NCBI GenBank assembly: GCA_949746285.1
Contig: CATJZH010000106.1
Location: forward strand, 1-34,718
Reading direction: 5' to 3'
Length of the DNA: 34,718 nucleotides
From: an uncultured Clostridia bacterium
GTDB taxonomy: Bacteria; Bacillota; Clostridia; TANB77; CAG-508
How positions within the stretch are numbered: the first letter of the stretch is position 1; each line of letters starts with the position of its first letter. The position numbers and the translations under genes were made by a program. Below are positions 1 through 9,040 of this stretch, in pieces. Below the pieces are notes generated by a model. The model was not told the origin of the DNA and did no database searches. It saw nothing but the letters and a program-made list of their open reading frames with translations.

Positions 1-21
1 CACTTCCCGTGAACGAGATTT

Positions 22-51
22 ATTTTAACACAAACTATAGTATAATGTCAA
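22..51 (-). promoter_or_regulatory. Putative sigma-A promoter, module A of a duplicated pair, firing leftward out of the window
   Basis: Minus strand reads TTGACA (51..46), an 18-nt spacer, then extended -10 TGtTAAAAT (30..22). An A-rich tract lies upstream on the minus strand (52..70). About 30 nt is near-identical to module B. Confidence 0.35.
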
Positions 52-161
52 CACTTTTTTTAAACTTTTTTCAAAAAATTTTTCAAGTGCTTTTTTACTT
101 TTTTTTGCATTAAATTTTGTCTCATTATAAATCACTTACTTTTATTAGGTGACTATTAATT

Positions 162-190
162 AGTTTAACACCAACTATATTTATTGTCAA
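162..190 (-). promoter_or_regulatory. Putative sigma-A promoter, module B of the duplicated pair
   Basis: Minus strand reads TTGACA (190..185), a 17-nt spacer, then TGtTAAACT (170..162). It shares TTTAACAC..AACTATA..TGTCAACA with 24..53. Confidence 0.35.
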
Positions 191-231
191 CAGATTTTTC
201 TAAAAAATCTATGGTAATTTTTAGAAATTTT

Positions 232-274
232 AAAACACAATTTATTTTTATATTATAAAAATAAATTGTGTTTT
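232..274. terminator. Terminator-like hairpin with a perfect 19-bp inverted repeat, just downstream of sdaA
   Basis: AAAACACAATTTATTTTTA (232..250), a 5-nt loop, then TAAAAATAAATTGTGTTTT (256..274), which is an exact reverse complement. It sits 3 nt after the sdaA stop. The stem is AT-rich, so its strength is uncertain. Confidence 0.55.
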
Positions 275-277
275 AAA

Positions 278-1507
278 TTATTCTTGCATATCAATATTAT
301 AATATTTATTTCGACAATATTTTTTTGCAAGTCCACCTTCACTAGTTTCCCTATAATGGCTTTGTAAATCTCTTCCTGTTTCGTACATTGTTTCTACTAC
401 TACATCAAAAGATATTTTTCTATCATTTTCTAATATCATTGCCAAATTACTACATTCCATTGCTCTCATTGCTGCCACCGCATTTCTTTCTATACAAGGA
501 ATTTGAACATAGCCATATATAGGATCACAAGTTAAACCTAAATGATGTTCCATCGCAATTTCTGCTGAATTTTCTATTTTTTGAAGATCTCCACCTAATA
601 AATATGTACAAGCTGCTGCTGCCATTGAGCAAGCTGTCCCTATCTCAGCTTGACAACCACACTCTGCTCCACTTATTGAAGCATTTGTTTTAATTAAATT
701 ACCAATGACTCCTGCTACTGCTAAAGCTTTTACTATATTTTCATCTGATATATTGTATATTTTTTTCATATAATATAATACTGATGGCAAAACTCCTGCA
801 GCTCCACATGTAGGTGCTGTAACTATTATTCCTCCTGTTGCATTTTCTTCACTTGTAGCATATGCATAAGCACTTAATAATCTATTTTGCTTTGAAACTT
901 CATTCTCATTTTCTATTTTTTTCTCAAAAAGTCCTTTTGCTCTTCTATTTAAATTCAATTTTCCATGTATAATTCCTTCTTTATTTAAACCTTTTTCTAT
1001 TGTTTTCTGCATTGATTCCCATATATTGGCTAGAAATGGTTTTATTTCTTCTCCTTCAACCTTATATATATATTCGTACAAATCACAATTATTTTTTTCA
1101 CAATATTCCTTTATTTCATAAAAACTCGTTTCATTATATATATCAGGTACTGTTATTTCTTTTTTTCCTTCAACTTTAAAAGTTCCACCACCTACAGAAT
1201 ATACTCTCCAATTAGCTATATTTTCCTCTCCTTTAAAAGCTATAATATCAAATGTATTTGGATGAATTTCACATTTATATTCTGTATTAAATTCAATTTG
1301 GGTTTCGTATCCTTTTAATGTCTCTTTTATTATATAGTCTGTTAAATGCCCTTTCCCTGTTAACGCTAGTGATCCGTATAATATTACTTTAAACTTAGTA
1401 GCTTCTAGATGTTTGTTTTTAAAAATTTCAACTGCACGTTTTGGTCCCATTGTATGTGAACTAGATGGTCCATTTCCTATTTTATATAATTCTTGTAATG
1501 TTTGCAT
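278..1507 (-). CDS. sdaA: L-serine ammonia-lyase (L-serine dehydratase), iron-sulfur dependent, single-chain form
   Basis: N-terminal ELYKIGNGPSSSHTMGP motif typical of Fe-S serine dehydratases. Cys-containing C-terminal alpha domain (TAPTCGAAG, SGAECGCQAEIG). 409 aa. Confidence 0.88.
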   Translation of the reverse strand: MQTLQELYKIGNGPSSSHTMGPKRAVEIFKNKHLEATKFKVILYGSLALTGKGHLTDYIIKETLKGYETQIEFNTEYKCEIHPNTFDIIAFKGEENIANWRVYSVGGGTFKVEGKKEITVPDIYNETSFYEIKEYCEKNNCDLYEYIYKVEGEEIKPFLANIWESMQKTIEKGLNKEGIIHGKLNLNRRAKGLFEKKIENENEVSKQNRLLSAYAYATSEENATGGIIVTAPTCGAAGVLPSVLYYMKKIYNISDENIVKALAVAGVIGNLIKTNASISGAECGCQAEIGTACSMAAAACTYLLGGDLQKIENSAEIAMEHHLGLTCDPIYGYVQIPCIERNAVAAMRAMECSNLAMILENDRKISFDVVVETMYETGRDLQSHYRETSEGGLAKKYCRNKYYNIDMQE

Positions 1508-1558
1508 ATATTTTAACCTTAAGAATATTCAAATATTCTTTTTCTCCTATCTTAGTTT

Positions 1559-2278
1559 TTACAATTTTAAAGTAGATTCTAAAGCTAGCTTAATCATATC
1601 GTTCATTGAATTTTGTCTCTGTTCTGATGATAATTCTTCACTAGTACATAAAGAATCTGATACTGTTAAAAGGCATGATGCATTTTTTCCAAAATGTTTT
1701 GCTGTATAAAATAATGCAAAACTTTCCATTTCAGAACCCATTATTTTATATTCTTTTGGTAATCTATTTACAAATAGCATTGGATCATCTAGATATGGGT
1801 CAAAACATTCTGTACATGCCATATTACCTTTTACAAAATTTTGGTTCAATTCATTTGCAGTTTTCTCTATTATTTTATTTAAATATGCTGAAGATGGTAC
1901 AAAATGATTTTCATTCCCAGTCATATTTTTTGCAAAATTTCCTTCTGTGTAACTATTTTCAACCAAAACTATATCTAGTACTTTCAAATAATCTACATGT
2001 CCTCCACAAGAACCTATTCTAATTATATTTTCAACATCATAAATTTTATATAATTCATACGAATAAATTCCGATACTTGGCATTCCCATACCTGATGCCA
2101 TTACTGTTATTTCTTTGCCTTTATATTTTCCTGTAAATGCATACATTCCTCTTACTGTGTTTACTAATTTATAATCTTCTAAAAAATTCTCTGCTATATA
2201 TTTTGCTCTCATTGGATCTCCTGGCATTAATACCGTTTTTGCTATTTCTCCAATTTTAGCTTCATTATGAACTGCCAT
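1559..2278 (-). CDS. deoD: Purine nucleoside phosphorylase, DeoD type
   Basis: VLMPGDPMRAKYIAENFLED near the N-terminus and SEMESFALF, as in DeoD. 239 aa. GGAGG RBS upstream. Confidence 0.92.
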   Translation of the reverse strand: MAVHNEAKIGEIAKTVLMPGDPMRAKYIAENFLEDYKLVNTVRGMYAFTGKYKGKEITVMASGMGMPSIGIYSYELYKIYDVENIIRIGSCGGHVDYLKVLDIVLVENSYTEGNFAKNMTGNENHFVPSSAYLNKIIEKTANELNQNFVKGNMACTECFDPYLDDPMLFVNRLPKEYKIMGSEMESFALFYTAKHFGKNASCLLTVSDSLCTSEELSSEQRQNSMNDMIKLALESTLKL

Positions 2279-2338
2279 AATTAACCTCCTTTTTTACTTA
2301 GTTTGATTATAACATTGATATATTTTCATTTCAATTTA

Positions 2339-2911
2339 TTATGATAACACTGTTTTTAATTCTTCTTCAACTTTATCTTCTACTTGCTTCATACCACCAA
2401 GTGTTTTTTCAAATAGCTCATTTAATTCCCATCCTAAATTTTCTGCACCTTTAGATATTGTATCTCTTGAACATCCTGCTGCAAACTTTTTATCTTTAAA
2501 TTTCTTTTTTAAACTTGATACTTCCATATCTTTTGTACTTTTAGATGGTCTCATTTTCGCTGCTGCCCATATTAATCCAGTTAATTCATCAACTGCAAAT
2601 AAAATTTTCTCCATTTCTTTCTCTGGTTTAACATCTGAACAGATACCATATCCATGACTGCAAATAGCATGTATCATTTCGTCACTTGCATTTATTTGTT
2701 TTAATAACTCAGGTGCTTTTTTACAATGCTCATTTGGATATTTTTCATAATCTACATCATGAAGTAAACCAACCATTCCCCAAAATTCTTCATCTTCTCC
2801 ATTTGCTTTAGCAAAATATTTCATTATTTGTTCAACTGTTACCGCATGCCTTAAGTGAAACTCTTCATTATTGTATTTTTTTAATAATTGTACTGCCTCT
2901 TTTCTTTCCAT
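2339..2911 (-). CDS. HD-domain (HDIG-type) metal-dependent phosphohydrolase
   Basis: H...HD signature (LRHAVTV, GLLHDVDYE). 190 aa. AGGAG RBS. Confidence 0.75.
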   Translation of the reverse strand: MERKEAVQLLKKYNNEEFHLRHAVTVEQIMKYFAKANGEDEEFWGMVGLLHDVDYEKYPNEHCKKAPELLKQINASDEMIHAICSHGYGICSDVKPEKEMEKILFAVDELTGLIWAAAKMRPSKSTKDMEVSSLKKKFKDKKFAAGCSRDTISKGAENLGWELNELFEKTLGGMKQVEDKVEEELKTVLS

Positions 2912-2971
2912 TTTTTCATCTCCTATATGTTTTTTATTTATACATAATTCATTTTTTTATATTTGTCAAGC

Positions 2972-3014
2972 AAAAAAGAAACAATAAATAAATTTTATTC
3001 ATTGTTTCTTTTTA
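2972..3014 (-). terminator. Rho-independent terminator after spo0A
   Basis: Arms AAAGAAACAAT (2975..2985) and ATTGTTTCTTT (3001..3011), followed on the minus strand by a T run. It begins 6 nt after the spo0A stop. Confidence 0.65.
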
Positions 3015-3019
3015 ATGAA

Positions 3020-3832
3020 CTATGCTGTTTTCAAATCTAATCTCAATTTATCTGCTATCATTGCTATAAATTCTGAATTAGTTGGCTTTCCCTTATTTGA
3101 ATTTACAGTATATCCAAATATACTTTCAACTGTTTCTATTTGTCCTCTATTCCAAGCAACTTCAATAGCATGTCTAATTGCTCGTTCTACTCTTGATGGT
3201 GTTGTTTTATATTTTTTAGCTAAATCTGGATAAAGTTGTTTTGTTATCTGATTTATAACCTCTATATTATTAACCACCATCATAATTCCATCTCTTAAAT
3301 ATTGATATCCTTTTATGTGTGCTGGTACTCCTATCTCATGAATGATATTTGTAACTTTTATTTCTAATATTTCTTCTTTACTTGCTTGATTATTAATAGG
3401 CACATAATTATTTATTGCTTCTTTACTTATTGATTTATTTATTTGTTTTGATACTGGTGTATTTACTAATTCTCTTATTCTTTTCATCAATACATCCATT
3501 TTGAAAGGTTTTAAGATATAATACCTAGCACCTAAATTTATTGCCTGAGATGTAACTTTGTCTTGTCCAACAGCTGATAACATTACACATATTGGTAATT
3601 CTATATTTGATGAAACTAATTTTTCTAAAACTCCTAAGCCATCTAAATGTGGCATTATAACATCAAGTAAAACTACTTGTGGTCTTTCCATAATTATCTT
3701 ATTATAAGCTTCTTGTCCATCTCTAGCTGTTGCTATAACTTCTACATCTTCCTGTGTTTTAAAATATGTAGTTAGTGTATTAACAAAATCTAAATTGTCA
3801 TCTGCTATAAGTATTTTGATTTTTTCGTTCAA
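3020..3832 (-). CDS. spo0A: Sporulation master regulator Spo0A (response regulator)
   Basis: N-terminal receiver domain ([18 protein letters not shown]). C-terminal Spo0A-specific domain ([34 protein letters not shown]). TTG start preceded by AAGGAGGG. Confidence 0.93.
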   Translation of the reverse strand: MNEKIKILIADDNLDFVNTLTTYFKTQEDVEVIATARDGQEAYNKIIMERPQVVLLDVIMPHLDGLGVLEKLVSSNIELPICVMLSAVGQDKVTSQAINLGARYYILKPFKMDVLMKRIRELVNTPVSKQINKSISKEAINNYVPINNQASKEEILEIKVTNIIHEIGVPAHIKGYQYLRDGIMMVVNNIEVINQITKQLYPDLAKKYKTTPSRVERAIRHAIEVAWNRGQIETVESIFGYTVNSNKGKPTNSEFIAMIADKLRLDLKTA

Positions 3833-3954
3833 AATAATCCCTCCTTAAAATAAATGTGTAAATATTTACAAATGGAATTATATTACTTAAAATTTTCCAA
3901 TGCAATGTTTTTTCTTCATTTTGAAATACTTTCGCATTTCAGTATTCTACATTT

Positions 3955-3961
3955 TTCGACA
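3955..3961 (-). promoter_or_regulatory. Consensus 0A box (TGTCGAA) upstream of spo0A
   Basis: The minus strand reads TGTCGAA about 120 nt upstream of the spo0A start. It matches the Spo0A-binding consensus TGNCGAA, which is known to autoregulate spo0A in Bacillus and Clostridium. Confidence 0.4.
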
Positions 3962-4000
3962 TAAAATAATAAGAAAATACATAAATTTTTATTTTATTAC

Positions 4001-4043
4001 AAAAAAATAAACTACACTATTATTCATAAATAATATAGTTTAC
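4001..4043 (-). terminator. Rho-independent terminator after yigZ
   Basis: A 7+7 bp stem with a 3-nt bulge: TAAACTA-cac-TATTATT, loop CATA, then AATAATATAGTTTA. It is followed on the minus strand by T7 (4007..4001). Confidence 0.6.
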
Positions 4044-4063
4044 TTTTTATTTGAGCATAATTT

Positions 4064-4684
4064 TTATATTTGTATATATTTCTCTCTAATTATCTCTTGT
4101 TTTATAATATTAAAATTTATATTTTCTTTATTTTCTACTAATTCACCTAATTTTTCATCAGTAATTTCTACAATAATAGATACATTTTCGGAATAATTTA
4201 AATCTACTATTTTAATATCATTCTGATTAAAATAATATTTAACTTTTTCAAAGTCTGAATAAGATATATCTAATCTTACTTCTAATCCCAAATCCTTATT
4301 TATTTCCGAAACACTTTCCAGTGCCTTAATTGTTGCACCTGTATAAGCTCTTACTAATCCACCTGTGCCTAGAAGTATTCCACCAAAATATCTAGTTACA
4401 ATTACTAATATATTGTTTAAATTCTGTGACACTAAAACATTAAGCATTGGTGACCCAGCAGTTCCAGATGGTTCACCATCATCACTAAATCTATCTACTA
4501 TTCCTTCCTTTGTAAAAACTCTAAAAGCATAACAATTATGTCTTGCATCAAAATATTTCTTTTTATTTTCTTTTATTATCTTTTCTGCTTCTTCTATAGA
4601 TTCTATATAAAATATATTTGCTATAAATTTTGATTTTTTTTCTACGATTTCAGCAACTGTATTTTCTGATATTGTCTTAAACAT
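4064..4684 (-). CDS. yigZ: YigZ / IMPACT-family (UPF0029) protein
   Basis: SKFIA...ARHNCYAFR...DDGEPSGTAGSPML motif series. The ATG at 4684 has an AGGAG RBS 5 nt upstream, while the ORF-track start at 4687 is a GTG too close to the RBS. Confidence 0.85.
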   Translation of the reverse strand: MFKTISENTVAEIVEKKSKFIANIFYIESIEEAEKIIKENKKKYFDARHNCYAFRVFTKEGIVDRFSDDGEPSGTAGSPMLNVLVSQNLNNILVIVTRYFGGILLGTGGLVRAYTGATIKALESVSEINKDLGLEVRLDISYSDFEKVKYYFNQNDIKIVDLNYSENVSIIVEITDEKLGELVENKENINFNIIKQEIIREKYIQI

Positions 4685-4700
4685 CACTACTCCTATACAT

Positions 4701-5945
4701 TTAATTTATTCCTGCAGTGAATCCTGTAGAGTATGCTATTTGTAGATTAAATCCACCAGTATATGCATCTACATCTATTATTTCTCCTGCAAAATATAAT
4801 CCTTTAATTATTTTTGATTCCATAGTTTTAGGATTTATTTCTTTTGTAGAAATCCCACCAGCTGTTACTATTGCTTCTTCTACAGGTCTAAACCCAGTAA
4901 TTGTAATATCAAATTTTTTTAATAAATAAACAATTTTTAATCTTTCTTGTTTTGTAATTTCATTTACTTTTTTGTCAGGTTCAATTTCAGATAATTGAAC
5001 TATTGTATTTATCATTTTTTTAGGTAATAATTCATTTAAACTATTTTTAAATTCCTTATTTTTAAATTTTTCAAAATCTCTTCTAATTCTTATATCTAAA
5101 TCTTCTTCTGATAATGCTGGTTTTAAATCTATTATTAATTTTATTTTTTTGTTTTTTAATAATAAATCTATTTCTTTATACCTAAGCAAATGTGCTGAAC
5201 CACTTAAAATAGTTGGACCACTTACTCCAAAGTGTGTAAAAAGCAATTCTCCAAAATCTTCATAAATCTTTTTATTTTTTTCTACATCTTTTATTTGCAT
5301 TTTTATATTTCTAAGTGATAATCCTTGCATACTTTGACACAATTTTTTTTCGCCTACTAATGGTACTAACGAACCTCTTATATTCTCAATAGTATGACCT
5401 AAATTTCTAGCCATTTCATATCCTTCTCCATTAGAGCCTGTTAAAGGATAACTACTTCCTCCTGTTGCAAGTATAATCTTCGAAGCAAATATTTTTTCTT
5501 TTGCCGTTTGTACACCTATTACTTCATTATTTTCTACTAATATTTTTTCTGCTTTAGCATTAGTTTTTATTAATATATTTTTATATTTTTTCATTTCTTT
5601 TATAAAACATTTTAAAACATCTTCTGCTTTATCTGTTACTGGAAATATTCTGCTTCCTCTCTCTTCCTTTACTTCTATTCCGTTTTCTTGTATTAATTTA
5701 ATAATATCTTCATTACTAAAATTCTGAAAAGCACTATATAAAAATTTGCCATTGCCTGGAATATTTTTTATAAAATCATTTATGTCTAAGCTACTGGTAA
5801 TATTACATCTTCCTTTTCCTGTAATTAAAAGCTTTTTTCCTAAAGTTTCATTTTTCTCTATTAAAATTACATCATTTCCGTTTTTTGCAGAAGATATTGC
5901 AGACATAATTCCCGCAGGTCCGCCACCTATAATTATTACTTTCAT
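4701..5945 (-). CDS. HI0933/YhiN(BaiN)-type NAD(P)/FAD-dependent flavoprotein
   Basis: N-terminal GGGPAG dinucleotide fold, TGKGRCN, and C-terminal GLYFAGEIIDVDAYTGGFNLQ typical of the HI0933 family. 414 aa. Confidence 0.85.
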   Translation of the reverse strand: MKVIIIGGGPAGIMSAISSAKNGNDVILIEKNETLGKKLLITGKGRCNITSSLDINDFIKNIPGNGKFLYSAFQNFSNEDIIKLIQENGIEVKEERGSRIFPVTDKAEDVLKCFIKEMKKYKNILIKTNAKAEKILVENNEVIGVQTAKEKIFASKIILATGGSSYPLTGSNGEGYEMARNLGHTIENIRGSLVPLVGEKKLCQSMQGLSLRNIKMQIKDVEKNKKIYEDFGELLFTHFGVSGPTILSGSAHLLRYKEIDLLLKNKKIKLIIDLKPALSEEDLDIRIRRDFEKFKNKEFKNSLNELLPKKMINTIVQLSEIEPDKKVNEITKQERLKIVYLLKKFDITITGFRPVEEAIVTAGGISTKEINPKTMESKIIKGLYFAGEIIDVDAYTGGFNLQIAYSTGFTAGIN

Positions 5946-5957
5946 TATGATTTCCTT

Positions 5958-7691
5958 TTACTTTTCTTCTATTTCTGTACAATATACTGTTTCTAATTGT
6001 TCTAATAAATATTTTCCAACAAATTTAGGTGAATAATATGTTTCTAATTCATATGAAGGAACTACTATAACATTTCCAGCACTATCTATTACTCCCCACT
6101 TTCCTTCTTGATAAATTCCAGCAAAACCATATTCATTTAATTCAGTTACCCTATCATATTTACAATCTACAACAACTTTACCTTCTTTATTTGTAAATCC
6201 CCATTTTCCATCTTCAGCTTGATAAGTATATAATTTTGCATCCTTAAAAACTTCTGTATTTGAAACAATATTTCCTTTTGAGTCAATATATTTTAATTCA
6301 TTTGATGAATATATTGCTGTATATTCTTGCCCTACTTTTTCCACAACTGCATCACTCATTGTTAATATTTTTTCAATATCTTCTGTATATATATCTACTA
6401 TATTTCCTTTTCTCGCTTCTAAAGCATTAGCATTTTCTAGCAAAATTATATAATCATATTCTGCTGGAACTTCAATTCCTGTATAAACATTTAATACTCC
6501 TGATTTTCCTTCTTCATTTGAAAAAATAAAGAAATTATCAAAAGCATAGCTTATATTAGTATATTTATCTTCTATTTGTATATCTTTACTAATTATACTA
6601 TAATATCCTTGTTCATCTTGTGCAATAAAAAATGATGGATTTCCCGTATCTAACATACTTTTATATGTGTTTGTATTTACTAAATTTCCATGCATATCAT
6701 ATAACATGGCTTTGTCATCTTTTTTAACTGAAATATAATGTCCTGCAATAGAATAACTTTCATATCCTGGTTTTAATATTTCTTTTCCATTTTCTTCATA
6801 AAATCCATATTTTCCATTTTTATTTACAACAAAAACATTTGAATTATTATAATAATTTATAGATTGATATCTTGGTTTAATTATAATTTTATTATTTTTT
6901 ATAACACCTTTTTTTCCTTTATCCATAAATATTAAATATATATCATTTGTATCATATTCTAATGCTCTACTTATGTCTTCATATTTTGGCGATATTATCA
7001 TTTTTCCATTATAATCTATATATCCATATATAATTCCGCTACTAGTTTTTTCTGATACAATATATCCTGTTTTTAAATATCCATCTTCTCCTGATGAATA
7101 TTCATCTCCTTTTATTGAATTATATTTTATATCTATAATGGTTTTTCCTTCTGAATTTAATACTCCATATAATCCATCTTTTTTTACTTGTATACATCCT
7201 GGTTTGTTTACCAAACTAGATATATCCTCATATATAGCATCTGTAACTTTTTTTCCTTCAAAATTTACTAATCCATATTTTCCATTTTCCTCATATGAAA
7301 GAACTTTAGTTTCAAATTCTAAATATGTATCTGAAACAATAATTGGCATTACTAATGTGTAATTTTCAAAAATATCTTTTTCTTTTGAATTTAATACCCT
7401 ATATTCTTCATCATTTGTAAAACAAAAAAAGACGTCTTTTGATGGATTAGGAATATAAATATTTGTGTAATTACTTTCTATTATTGTGTTCCCTTCTTTA
7501 TCTATAACCCCTACTTTTTCATCTAATGAATATAAATTAAAGTACTCATATGGCTCTTTTTGTATAGTTTCAACGGCTTTATCTTTATTAATATTTATAA
7601 TAACTATTATACCTAATATTATAATTACTACTATGATTGCTATAACTGCTGAAACTATTCTTATTTTTCCTGATTCTTCTTTAAATTTCAA
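5958..7691 (-). CDS. Membrane-anchored WG-repeat (KWG-like) protein
   Basis: One N-terminal TM helix, then many repeats of the G(K/L)(Y/W)G(L/V/F)(V/I/T)(N/D)xxGK type (GKYGLVNFEGK, GLYGVLNSEGK, GKWGFTNKEGK, GKWGVIDSAGN). I prefer the TTG at 7691, which has AGGAGG 7 nt upstream, over the track start at 7712. Confidence 0.72.
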   Translation of the reverse strand: MKFKEESGKIRIVSAVIAIIVVIIILGIIVIININKDKAVETIQKEPYEYFNLYSLDEKVGVIDKEGNTIIESNYTNIYIPNPSKDVFFCFTNDEEYRVLNSKEKDIFENYTLVMPIIVSDTYLEFETKVLSYEENGKYGLVNFEGKKVTDAIYEDISSLVNKPGCIQVKKDGLYGVLNSEGKTIIDIKYNSIKGDEYSSGEDGYLKTGYIVSEKTSSGIIYGYIDYNGKMIISPKYEDISRALEYDTNDIYLIFMDKGKKGVIKNNKIIIKPRYQSINYYNNSNVFVVNKNGKYGFYEENGKEILKPGYESYSIAGHYISVKKDDKAMLYDMHGNLVNTNTYKSMLDTGNPSFFIAQDEQGYYSIISKDIQIEDKYTNISYAFDNFFIFSNEEGKSGVLNVYTGIEVPAEYDYIILLENANALEARKGNIVDIYTEDIEKILTMSDAVVEKVGQEYTAIYSSNELKYIDSKGNIVSNTEVFKDAKLYTYQAEDGKWGFTNKEGKVVVDCKYDRVTELNEYGFAGIYQEGKWGVIDSAGNVIVVPSYELETYYSPKFVGKYLLEQLETVYCTEIEEK

Positions 7692-7775
7692 GGGAACACC
7701 TCCTAAAATCAATTTTCTACTTCATTTTACATTATTTTAAATTATATTTCAATATAATAGCTTATCATTTCACAC

Positions 7776-7803
7776 AAAAAACAAAAATCGGGGATATCCC
7801 CGA
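7776..7803 (-). terminator. Rho-independent terminator after the LPXTG protein gene
   Basis: GC-rich palindrome TCGGGGAT/ATCCCCGA (7788..7803), followed on the minus strand by TTTTTGTTTTTT. Confidence 0.78.
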
Positions 7804-7806
7804 CTT

Positions 7807-8994
7807 CTATTTTACATCTTCATATTTTTTTAATTTTACCCAAATTACCATCATTGTAACAAAGCTAAAACCTGAAATAAATATAATTCCATAAGTTCCT
7901 GTTTTAGGTAACTTTGTTTTTGCTACTGTAGTATCTGGTTTTGTATTGTTAACATTGTTAGTATTTTTATTATTTATAGTACCAGTCTTTTTAGTAGTAT
8001 TAGTATTTTTATTGCTATTGTTTTGTTTATTTGAATCTGGTTTATCTGTATTTGTGTTAGTGTTTGTTTCTGGTTTTTTATTTTCGTTTTTATCAATATT
8101 ATCTGTTGTATAACTTACAGTGGCAGTATCAATCATCCAATCAAATCCGTAAATTTTTCCTTTTTTAATCACAACTGAATCAGTAGTTTCTGTTCCATAA
8201 AATTTATTTTTAGTGTTAATTGCTATATCTCTTTGTGTATCATTATAAATATATTTTTCAAATTTATATTGTAATTGATCTCCATCTTTATAATTACTCA
8301 AATTAATAATTTCGTCTTTTGAAATTAGTTTTAGTAGTTCTTCATTTTCTACTGGTTTATACATAATTCTAAACGTCTCCCCTTGGTCGTATTCATTAAA
8401 TGACATTGATAACTTCGTTCCTGAAATTTCTTTATACATATTTATTTTTTTACTATAAACATTTTCTTTTCTCTCTTTAATATAAATAATACAATTCTCT
8501 CCAATATCGTTTTCAATTTTAGGAAATTGTGTTGTAGAGTTAGCTGTATATTGATAAATTGCATTCTCTTTAAGTTCAGATAATTTTATTTCCTTACTCC
8601 ACTCTTTTTCATTAATACTTTTACCATACTCAATATTAAATAATCTGTTTATATTTTCTTCTGATATATCTTCAATAATTTCATTCGTTTGATAATTTAT
8701 AACTTTACAATCATAAACTTTATAATCTTCTTGAGAATATGTTATTCTTAAACGAATCTCATCTTTATAATCATATAAGTTTGATGGTAAATCGTAATCT
8801 GCTGCATTAATTGATAATAAGACATCATTACTCTCTACATCCACATTACATCCATAAATAATTTCACCATTTGATGAACTATATGAATTTAATTCTAAAT
8901 CTTTTGTAATTTTTTCACTATTTGCATAACAATTATCCCCCATAACAAAAATAAGTACAATTATTACAAATATTAATATCAACTTATTTTTCAT
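7807..8994 (-). CDS. LPXTG cell-wall-anchored surface protein (sortase substrate) with a T/N-rich stalk
   Basis: Signal peptide MKNKLILIFVIIVLIFVMG. C-terminal LPKTGT, hydrophobic helix and KLKKYEDVK tail. Low-complexity TNTNTNT/NNK stalk. The start at 8994 has GGAG 6 nt upstream, whereas the track start at 9048 would overlap ppaC. Confidence 0.8.
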   Translation of the reverse strand: MKNKLILIFVIIVLIFVMGDNCYANSEKITKDLELNSYSSSNGEIIYGCNVDVESNDVLLSINAADYDLPSNLYDYKDEIRLRITYSQEDYKVYDCKVINYQTNEIIEDISEENINRLFNIEYGKSINEKEWSKEIKLSELKENAIYQYTANSTTQFPKIENDIGENCIIYIKERKENVYSKKINMYKEISGTKLSMSFNEYDQGETFRIMYKPVENEELLKLISKDEIINLSNYKDGDQLQYKFEKYIYNDTQRDIAINTKNKFYGTETTDSVVIKKGKIYGFDWMIDTATVSYTTDNIDKNENKKPETNTNTNTDKPDSNKQNNSNKNTNTTKKTGTINNKNTNNVNNTKPDTTVAKTKLPKTGTYGIIFISGFSFVTMMVIWVKLKKYEDVK

Positions 8995-9040
8995 AAAATT
9001 CTCCATTTTATCTTTTGTTTTAGTTTTTACATATATTAAG

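Noticed and set aside
60-125. A 21-codon basic minus-strand mini-ORF (MRQNLMQKKVKKHLKNFLKKV) between the two duplicated promoter modules.
   Set aside because: It has no recognisable RBS, and the sequence is essentially A-tract DNA read as Lys codons. It is more likely a UP-element or spacer than a coding region.
309-315. Additional 0A-box heptamers (TTCGACA at 309..315 and TGTCGAA at 11809..11815).
   Set aside because: Both lie inside coding sequences far from any promoter. A 7-mer is expected to occur by chance a few times in 35 kb of AT-rich DNA.
7930-8090. Short-period DNA repetitiveness that might suggest a VNTR or CRISPR-like array.
   Set aside because: It is in frame within the LPXTG ORF and encodes the T/N/K-rich stalk. 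There is no repeat-spacer organisation, so it is not a CRISPR array.
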